Virus record (IMG/VR): IMGVR_UViG_3300018481_000040
Span: 1-39,904 of that record
From: a virus
Lineage: Duplodnaviria > Caudoviricetes
DNA length: 39,904 nt
Strand: one strand, 5' to 3'
Part shown: positions 34,075-39,904 of the stretch, one piece after another
How positions within the stretch are numbered: position 1 is the first letter of the stretch
Layout of the letters: each line of letters opens with the position of its first letter
Notes under the pieces: generated by a model
Database searches by the model: none
What the model saw: the letters and a program-made list of their open reading frames with translations, nothing else
What the model was told of the DNA's origin: nothing
Translations under genes and position numbers: made by a program

Positions 34075-34772
34075 AACCGGCCTCCCGCGACGTCGACGTT
34101 CTCGATCCCGACCGCCGCGGCGGCGTGGAGCTCGAGTTGCTCACGCGACTCGGCGATCACCCGGGCGATGTCGGCCTCGGTGTCGATCGGGTCCTCGACG
34201 AGGGCCTCGGCGGCGTCCATGCCGAGATGGCGCGGGAACCGCAGACGACCCCACCCCGCATGAACGTCACGACCGACGATGGCCAGCTCGCGACCGCACG
34301 ACGGACACGGCGCTGCGACCTTGCACGGTGCATCGGCGTGGGACCCCGGGCACCACTGCCGGGTGACCTGACGTCGCGGTCGCATCTCGACGCCCTCCGA
34401 GCGGAGCATCTTGCTGACGTTCCCGCGGTTGATCCCCAACGTCCGCTCGATCGCGGCGGTCGACATGCCGCCCTCGTAGAGGTCGATGAGCTCGGCGCGG
34501 TCAATGCTGCGGTGGTGCCGGCGGTGCTCGGCGGGGGTGAGGGCTATGAGGTTGTCCGGTCGGTTGTCGTCCTTCACCCCGTTGAGGTGATGGACGTGGG
34601 GCGCATCCGTGACTCGACCGTCGACCACTCGGTGCTCGTAGACCTCGACCGACTCTGTGGGCGAGAGCCACCATCGGAGCCGGATGTATCCCTCGGAGCT
34701 GCGGTAGCGGCCGGGTGAGCCCGCCGGGATCGGTTCACCAGGCTTGAGGGAGCGGATCTTGTTCTTGCTCAT
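34071..34772 (-). CDS. HNH endonuclease with HTH
   Basis: GYIRL...YEHRVV...HVHHLNGVKDDNRPDNLIALTPAEH; start ATG 34772. Confidence 0.88.
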   Translation of the reverse strand: MSKNKIRSLKPGEPIPAGSPGRYRSSEGYIRLRWWLSPTESVEVYEHRVVDGRVTDAPHVHHLNGVKDDNRPDNLIALTPAEHRRHHRSIDRAELIDLYEGGMSTAAIERTLGINRGNVSKMLRSEGVEMRPRRQVTRQWCPGSHADAPCKVAAPCPSCGRELAIVGRDVHAGWGRLRFPRHLGMDAAEALVEDPIDTEADIARVIAESREQLELHAAAAVGIENVDVAGGRL

Positions 34773-34972
34773 GTCTCCTCCGGGCAGCACTGGTCGGCTG
34801 GTCCGCCGTGGATCAGGCACCACCGGATGTGGGTGCGGTGGCCGGAGCCGCGGTCGAGGGAGACGTCGGTGACCGTCGGGGGTTCGAGCGCGGCGCAGTC
34901 CGCCGCGGCGGCCGATGCGCCGATGTCACACGCTGCGCGCTGCGTCGGGGTGAGCCAGTCGGGGGCGGTCAT
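34769..34972 (-). CDS. Hypothetical protein
   Basis: ATGA-coupled on both sides. Confidence 0.5.
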   Translation of the reverse strand: MTAPDWLTPTQRAACDIGASAAAADCAALEPPTVTDVSLDRGSGHRTHIRWCLIHGGPADQCCPEET

Positions 34973-35172
34973 CGGAGCGGCGCCGAGGTGAGGTGCCAGC
35001 CCTTGCAGCGGCCGCACTCGTAGGCGCGGTGCGGCACGTGGTCACGGGTCGACTTCGAGGTCAGGAGGTGGAGCGCGTGGACGGCCTCGGCCTTGTCGTG
35101 GAACCGGCGCTTGCCGTTGCACGTCTTCGTCTTGGAGACCGCACGCGGCTTGGAGGGGATCCGCCGCCTCAC
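34969..35172 (-). CDS. Small Zn-binding phage protein (YxCxxCxGWHLTS type)
   Basis: CNGKRRF...RAYECGRCKGWHLTS. Confidence 0.72.
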   Translation of the reverse strand: MRRRIPSKPRAVSKTKTCNGKRRFHDKAEAVHALHLLTSKSTRDHVPHRAYECGRCKGWHLTSAPLR

Positions 35173-35450
35173 GATGAAGCCCCCCCCTGCTCGTGGAGAT
35201 GTACGCCTTGGCGGAGCCCTTCCATGAGGTCGGTGGGGGTCTCGCCGGTGCGGAGCTGGTGGGGCGACGGGAGGTTCGTGGTGAGGTGGGGGGCGTGGTG
35301 GCGGCACCGGTGCCAGAGAGCGTCGTAGGCGTCCTGCCAGGCAGCGAGGGCCCGCTCGAGGTTGGACGGCGGGGTGGCGTTGACGCCGACGCCCATGTCG
35401 CCCTGCCGGTGGCCGACCGGCGCGCAGCCTTCCGAGTCGCCCCAGCCCAT
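35169..35450 (-). CDS. Hypothetical protein
   Basis: Translationally coupled; start uncertain. Confidence 0.5.
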   Translation of the reverse strand: MGWGDSEGCAPVGHRQGDMGVGVNATPPSNLERALAAWQDAYDALWHRCRHHAPHLTTNLPSPHQLRTGETPTDLMEGLRQGVHLHEQGGASS

Positions 35451-35626
35451 CAGGCGTGCTTCCATCCGTCGCAGGCGCACGAGACCGTCGCGACCGTGCC
35501 GTGGGTGACGATCGCGTACCGGTGCGAGCAGGCGAACCGGCCGAGGAGCGCCCAGAGCCAGCCGGGCCGGCGGTGCGACGCCGCAACGTGCCCGCACCGG
35601 GCGCACAGTCGGGGACCGCCGTGCAT
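35450..35626 (-). CDS. Small Cys/His-rich protein
   Basis: CARCGH...SH...C...CACDGW. Confidence 0.55.
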   Translation of the reverse strand: MHGGPRLCARCGHVAASHRRPGWLWALLGRFACSHRYAIVTHGTVATVSCACDGWKHA

Positions 35627-35883
35627 CAGACCCCGAGCTCCTTGCGGATCAGCCGGACGATCCACGGCGAGCGTTCCCCGTGGTTCACCTCGCGGTTCAG
35701 GGCGCGTGCGACGTGGGGAGGGAGGTGCACGGACACGGAGACCGACTCGGCACCTGGGGGGCACGTGGGGGGCTCGTGGAGGAGCTTGCAGACTGGGCAG
35801 GCGATGCGGCGTCCCTGGTTCGCGATCGCTCGGGCGCGCGCTGGGCCGCGTCGGCGCTTCGCTTCGGCGGACCGGCCGGTCAC
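35626..35883 (-). CDS. CxxC + ribbon-helix-helix-like protein
   Basis: CPVC; SVSVHLPPHVARALNREV...RSPWIVRLIRKEL. Confidence 0.6.
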   Translation of the reverse strand: MTGRSAEAKRRRGPARARAIANQGRRIACPVCKLLHEPPTCPPGAESVSVSVHLPPHVARALNREVNHGERSPWIVRLIRKELGV

Positions 35884-36068
35884 GGTGCGCTCCGGGGTGC
35901 CACGGTGACGTCGTCGCCGTGGGGGCCGACGATGTAGGTGGTGGAGGGTGGGGTGGCGCCGCGGGTGTTGACGATCGCTGCGTAGGTGATGAGGAACCCG
36001 ACGATGACGGCGATGAGCCCGGCGAGGAGTGTGTAGGCGGGGTCGACGCGGAGGGGTCGCCGGCTCAT
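35880..36068 (-). CDS. Small membrane protein
   Basis: TLLAGLIAVIVGFLITYAAIV TM helix; start ATG 36068. Confidence 0.6.
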   Translation of the reverse strand: MSRRPLRVDPAYTLLAGLIAVIVGFLITYAAIVNTRGATPPSTTYIVGPHGDDVTVAPRSAP

Positions 36069-36075
36069 GGGTCGA

Positions 36076-36092
36076 TCCCGCCGTTGCGCGGC
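36076..36092 (-). repeat. 17-bp intergenic repeat GCCGCGCAACGGCGGGA, copy 2
   Basis: Identical to 29634-29650. Confidence 0.85.
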
Positions 36093-36126
36093 GTGTCTGC
36101 GGGATCGCGAGGCAGATCGCGGGCGG

Positions 36127-36336
36127 TCAAGACGCACGCTCCGTGGGCGATTGCGTCAGCCGCATCTCATCGACAGGGATCAGCCGCTCCAAGCCCTCGC
36201 GGCAGAGCCGGTTCACGATCCAGTTGAACGACACCTCGCGGTCGCTCGCGGCCACCTGTAGCGCCGCATGGAGGTCAGGATCGAAGCGACAGCCAGTGTT
36301 GACCCGGCCATCGGGCGTGGTCTTGGGCCTACCCAT
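36127..36336 (-). CDS. Arc/ribbon-helix-helix DNA-binding protein
   Basis: MGRPK...RFDPDLHAALQVAASDREVSFNWIV. Confidence 0.78.
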   Translation of the reverse strand: MGRPKTTPDGRVNTGCRFDPDLHAALQVAASDREVSFNWIVNRLCREGLERLIPVDEMRLTQSPTERAS

Positions 36337-36616
36337 CGGTCACCGCGTCGTAGGTCGCCTCGAAGATGTCGGGCTTGCACGGGTACAGCTCGCCCTGCAC
36401 TCCACGGATGATCCAGTCGCCCTGGTCCGCCGTCATGGTCCCTTCGAGCGTCTTGATGAGCACCGCGGCAGGGTTGGCCCCGAAGATGACCTCGCCCTTG
36501 TCGTAGGCCGCTCTGAGCCACGTCGGCAGAGCCGTCCAGTCGCGGGCGGCGGCATGAAGCGCGTCGCTCGCTCGGACCGCTTCGATCACGACGGGCTTCT
36601 TGCGGAACTCAGGCAT
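36329..36616 (-). CDS. Conserved phage protein (RKKPVVIEA...TLEG...YPCKPDIF family)
   Basis: FRKKPVVIEAV...IKTLEGTM..DQGDWIIRGVQGELYPCKPDIFEATY; start ATG 36616. Confidence 0.88.
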   Translation of the reverse strand: MPEFRKKPVVIEAVRASDALHAAARDWTALPTWLRAAYDKGEVIFGANPAAVLIKTLEGTMTADQGDWIIRGVQGELYPCKPDIFEATYDAVTDG

Positions 36617-36860
36617 CGTGGTAGTCCTCCTGGCCGTAGCCATGCTCTGCGAGCGTCCAGTCCTTCTGGAAGTCGTCGGGCTCGCCATCACGGGCCTCGA
36701 TCTGCTCGTCCGCCTCCTGCTTGCAGGTACGGCAGACCTCCAACGGGTGCCCGACCCGGTTGGTGCAACCGCCCCGATGGGCAGCGCAGCGGTAGCCGGG
36801 CGCACGTTCCGTGAGCGCCCCATCATCGCCGTCCTGGGAACGGTCCTGGTCAGGAGCCAT
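36609..36860 (-). CDS. Hypothetical protein with Cys motifs
   Basis: Overlaps both neighbours; C..H..C...CRTC. Confidence 0.55.
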   Translation of the reverse strand: MAPDQDRSQDGDDGALTERAPGYRCAAHRGGCTNRVGHPLEVCRTCKQEADEQIEARDGEPDDFQKDWTLAEHGYGQEDYHDA

Positions 36861-37032
36861 CTTCGGCCTCCTTCATCGCCTTGCGGTGGAGGTCGGCGCC
36901 AACCGTCCACCCGCGGCGCCAGTCGCGAGCATCGGGACTCATGTCGCCCGCATCGTGGGGCGATTGGGTGACGGGCCAGCCGAGCTTCCCGTAGCGGAAG
37001 CCCTCCCGGTAGGCGGGACTGGACTCAGCCAT
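36850..37032 (-). CDS. Small protein with ribosome modulation factor (RMF)-like motif
   Basis: AYREGFRYGKLG.....SPH......ARDWRRGWTVG; start ATG 37032. Confidence 0.55.
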   Translation of the reverse strand: MAESSPAYREGFRYGKLGWPVTQSPHDAGDMSPDARDWRRGWTVGADLHRKAMKEAEDGS

Positions 37033-37309
37033 CGGACTCCCCCATGTACCTCTTCTCGACGGTGAACGACCGCCAGTTGCCAATGCTCAACATGAGCGCA
37101 CCGGCCAGCTCGGCGCTTCCTTCGTCGGGGCAAGGCCCCAGGTCGACAGGCACATCCCCGTAGGCGGGCACGCCCCTCGGGACATAGCCGAAGTGCATGT
37201 CGAACGGCCCGTGATCCAGCTCCACCGTGACGACGTGAAGGACACCATCCGCACGCTCCGTGCGTGGCCGTCTCTCGCCGTCCCGCGGAGGTGTCTCTGC
37301 GGCGCTCAC
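37025..37309 (-). CDS. Hypothetical protein
   Basis: Coupled to neighbours. Confidence 0.55.
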   Translation of the reverse strand: MSAAETPPRDGERRPRTERADGVLHVVTVELDHGPFDMHFGYVPRGVPAYGDVPVDLGPCPDEGSAELAGALMLSIGNWRSFTVEKRYMGESDG

Positions 37310-37419
37310 CCGTCGACCTCATCCTCAAGCGGATCATCGAGCGCGGCGATCCCGCTGAGGATCCGCCAGAAAGCGGCGATCGACAGGAGCGCGAGCACGA
37401 CGAGGAGCCCGAACCCCAT
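37306..37419 (-). CDS. Small membrane protein (37 aa)
   Basis: Manual translation MGFGLLVVLALLSIAAFWRILSGIAALDDPLEDEVDG; overlaps on both sides. Confidence 0.6.
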   Translation of the reverse strand: MGFGLLVVLALLSIAAFWRILSGIAALDDPLEDEVDG

Positions 37420-38741
37420 CAGCCGTCGTCCTCGAGCCAGGTGAGCACCGCGACCTGCAGGTTGGCGTCGGCCTCAGCGAGCGAACCGATGTCGGTGGGC
37501 GGGACCAGCTCGTGCTCGTGTGCCCACCGGGTCGCGTACGCGAGGGTCTTGGACAGCGTCGAGCCCTTCGCCTTCACGTGCGCGCGCCAGCCCGCCGAGT
37601 CCATCTGCACGACCTCGGCCAGGTGCTCGTCGCCGGCGCCGGCGTCGTCGTTCGGGACCTCCGGCGCGTCGACCAGGCACCAGCCCTCGTCGTCCTGCTC
37701 GAGCCGGATCTCACCGACCTTGAGCCGGCGGAGAGCCTCGTCGACCATGTCGGCCTCGGTGTCGTCGAGCTCGTTCCCGGACGACTTGGCGCCGGCGGTG
37801 ACCGCTGCGATGACGTGGTGCCGGTCGACGCCGAGCTCGTCGGCGCGCATCGCGATCTTCTGTGCGCGGCTCATCGACTGTGCGCCCTGCGCGCGGTCGA
37901 CCTTGTCCTGGAGGTCTCGGACGACCGGCGGCGGTTCGGTGGGCTCGTCGTCGGGGAGCGGCGGGGGCGGCGTGTCCTCGTCGACCACGACGGCGTCGAC
38001 GATGTCCTCGTCGTCGGGGAGCGGCGGGGGCTCGGGCTCCGGTCCCTCGCCGGCGGCCGCCCTCGCGCGGGTCGCCGCGCGCTTCTTGGCGGCGGGTGAC
38101 GAGACCTTCTTGGCAGGAGCGGCGGCCGCGGTGGGCTCTTCGTCGTCGAGGAGCTGCTCGAAGTCGAACCCGTCGGCCAGCTCCTCGAGCGAGTAGAGGC
38201 CACCGATGACGTCGGGGAACAGGTCCCTGCAGAGCTCGGACGACGCCCGGGCGGCGAGCATCCCGCGCGGGTACTTCTGCCAGTTGTCCTTGCCGACGAG
38301 CTTGGCGGCCCGGGCGTCCTCGATCGTCCACGTGACCTTCTGCTCGCGGGGCGACCCGGCCCGCTTGCCGCACACCGTCACCGAGGTGGTGCTCTTCGAC
38401 TCGAACCACATCTCGTGGCCACGAGCCAGCACCAGGGCGCGCATGGTCTCAGCCGCCAGCCCGGGCCGGCCGTCGATGACGTGGACCTTGGCCAGCGAGG
38501 TCATCAGCGGGAGCCCGAGCTCGTTGCCGACGAGCATCGCGGCGAGCACTGACTCCGGCTTGCCCGCCAGGCCCTTCGGCGCGAACGGGGTGGCTGCGAT
38601 CCGTAGCGCGAGCTTCCACGCCTTCGGCGCGAGCTCGATCGTGGACAGCGCGGGCATCGCGCCGGAGGGCACGAGCGCTGGGAGGTGACGGACCTCGTCG
38701 GCGACGTCGTCGTCCCAGTCGGTAGCGGCGGCGTTGCTCAC
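37419..38741 (-). CDS. RecT-like single-strand annealing protein with long acidic/Pro-rich C-terminal extension
   Basis: PKGLAGKPESVLAAMLVGNELGL...VHVIDGRP...WTIEDARAAKLVGKDNWQKYPRGMLAARA; follows the exonuclease. Confidence 0.88.
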   Translation of the reverse strand: MSNAAATDWDDDVADEVRHLPALVPSGAMPALSTIELAPKAWKLALRIAATPFAPKGLAGKPESVLAAMLVGNELGLPLMTSLAKVHVIDGRPGLAAETMRALVLARGHEMWFESKSTTSVTVCGKRAGSPREQKVTWTIEDARAAKLVGKDNWQKYPRGMLAARASSELCRDLFPDVIGGLYSLEELADGFDFEQLLDDEEPTAAAAPAKKVSSPAAKKRAATRARAAAGEGPEPEPPPLPDDEDIVDAVVVDEDTPPPPLPDDEPTEPPPVVRDLQDKVDRAQGAQSMSRAQKIAMRADELGVDRHHVIAAVTAGAKSSGNELDDTEADMVDEALRRLKVGEIRLEQDDEGWCLVDAPEVPNDDAGAGDEHLAEVVQMDSAGWRAHVKAKGSTLSKTLAYATRWAHEHELVPPTDIGSLAEADANLQVAVLTWLEDDG

Positions 38742-39586
38742 GTGAGGCTCCCTCGGTGGATCGGGTCCTGGACCCAGGTGCCGCGCTCGGCGTCGACGAA
38801 CTTCTTGGTCTCGCGGCAGTAGCGGAACTGGTTGAACGCGGCTTCGTCGGCGCGCACCGGGTGGAGGTCCCACCCGTCGGCGCGGACCCAGACGGCGCCG
38901 GTGAAGTCGACGGGGGGCATCTCGACCTCGTTGCCGTCGGCGTCGAGGAACGACTCGGCGTAGCGGTACGCGGCGATCTGGAGCGCGGTCTCGGGGAAGA
39001 TCCCGGTGCGGCTCGTCTTGATGTCGAGGAGCGCCAGGCCGAGCCCGTCGATGTGGGCGAGCAGGTCGAACGTGCCCATGTACCGGTACTTCCGGGAGAT
39101 CACCACTCCCTCGACGGCGACCGGTTCCGGGTCGAGCTGCTCGAGGAAGTCGAGGTACGCGTTGACGTGCCCGGAGAGCTCGGGGGGGACCTCGATGTCC
39201 TCGCCGTGGACGAGCTTCTCGGCCAGGCCGTGGACCCTGGTGCCCTTGTTCGCGGCGGCATCACGGTCCCGACGCGGGAGCCCTCGGAGCAGCTGAGCGG
39301 CGCGGCTCGTCGACCACCCGTTCATGGACTTCCGGTCCTCAGAGGCGAGCTGCTGCACGCCGGTCACGAGGCGGGTGGCGTCGACCTTCTCGTCGGGCAG
39401 GACCACGACACGGTCAGCGACCCAGTCCGCGACGGCGCCGGCGGCCCAGTTGATGAGCGCCGGCTTGGGCATGCCGTCACCGATGATCGTGGTGACGCCC
39501 ATGACCTTGGTGCCGTCGAGGACGTAGCTGTGCCCGTTGCCGTGGTTCTGGCGGCGGGTGGCCGGCTTGGTGGCGGCGGGGCTCAT
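38738..39586 (-). CDS. PD-(D/E)XK exonuclease (RecE/Cas4-like)
   Basis: GVTTII...KPALINW, GTRVH, YMGTFDL...LLDIKTS...QIAAY; start ATG 39586. Confidence 0.9.
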   Translation of the reverse strand: MSPAATKPATRRQNHGNGHSYVLDGTKVMGVTTIIGDGMPKPALINWAAGAVADWVADRVVVLPDEKVDATRLVTGVQQLASEDRKSMNGWSTSRAAQLLRGLPRRDRDAAANKGTRVHGLAEKLVHGEDIEVPPELSGHVNAYLDFLEQLDPEPVAVEGVVISRKYRYMGTFDLLAHIDGLGLALLDIKTSRTGIFPETALQIAAYRYAESFLDADGNEVEMPPVDFTGAVWVRADGWDLHPVRADEAAFNQFRYCRETKKFVDAERGTWVQDPIHRGSLT

Positions 39587-39732
39587 GGGAGCACCCGGAG
39601 CGCTTCGCGCTGACGGTCGAACCGGGCGACCGACCGGCGGTCCTCTGCTCCCGGCCGAGTCGCGACGTAGGCCATCGCGGCCGCGCCGGTCAGGACGCCG
39701 CCGGCGAAGGCGAGGATCACGAACGCGATCAC
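39583..39732 (-). CDS. Small membrane protein
   Basis: VIAFVILAFAGGVLTGAAAMAYVA; GTGA/ATGA coupling. Confidence 0.6.
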   Translation of the reverse strand: MIAFVILAFAGGVLTGAAAMAYVATRPGAEDRRSVARFDRQREALRVLP

Positions 39733-39904
39733 GATGCCTCGAGCATCTGCTCGACGAGCTGGTGGGCCGCGGCCTGGAGCTCGGTGACGGTCGGCGCGAG
39801 GCGGGCCCGTGCGGCGTCCCGTGCGGCGTCCCGTGCGGCGTCCCCTGCGGCGTCCCGTGCGGCGTCCCCTGCGGCGGCCCATGCCCCACGCGCGTCCTCA
39901 CGGA
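39729..39904 (-). CDS. C-terminal part of the Ala-rich repeat protein starting at 672
   Basis: In frame across the overlap: ...ARDAARARLAPTVTELQAAAHQLVEQMLEAS*. Confidence 0.8.
   Translation of the reverse strand, partial: REDARGAWAAAGDAARDAAGDAARDAARDAARARLAPTVTELQAAAHQLVEQMLEAS
39801..39884. repeat. Short copy of the 12-bp repeat array (6 units + 1 degenerate)
   Basis: Same units as 1-240; 39822-39904 identical to 178-260. Confidence 0.95.

Larger units (their letters stand above)
1..39904. mobile_element. Complete temperate siphovirus genome (circular/excised form), actinobacterial host
   Basis: Full set of terminase, portal, capsid, tail, lysis, integrase/repressor and recombination/replication genes. 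Ends overlap (178-260 = 39822-39904) within one gene. No host genes. High GC and actinophage-type protein families. Confidence 0.93.

Noticed and set aside
38738-39586. Cas4-like nuclease as part of a CRISPR system
   Set aside because: It is paired with RecT as a standard phage recombination module; no array or other cas genes.

Overview
The window is an apparently complete, circularly assembled ~39.6-39.9 kb temperate siphovirus genome from a high-GC actinobacterium; 178-260 is identical to 39822-39904. Almost all genes lie on the minus strand in one long run starting at a Cro/Xis-like gene (2784). Early genes cross the contig join and include an Ala-rich tetrapeptide-repeat protein, an exonuclease and RecT, HNHs, a DNA methyltransferase, ASCH, RuvC and a replication initiator. 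The run continues through an HNH and a candidate cos site, the terminases, head genes, tail genes, the lysis cassette, a tail fibre and a GH172/DUF2961-like protein. Only the repressor, tyrosine integrase, one membrane protein and one small ORF are on the plus strand. The most unusual elements are: (i) a four-gene methyltransferase / nucleotidyltransferase / double glycosyltransferase / glycosyltransferase cassette inside the head-tail connector genes; (ii) a late gene resembling glycoside hydrolase family 172 with a polyproline linker; (iii) a frameshifted large terminase; (iv) a repressor-integrase layout resembling integration-dependent immunity but with no tRNA-like attP; (v) an exact 17-bp repeat in two early intergenic gaps; (vi) a 12-bp VNTR present as two different-length alleles. 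All functional calls come from motif recognition by eye and gene order. No searches were run, and many start codons were re-picked from overlaps and RBS.
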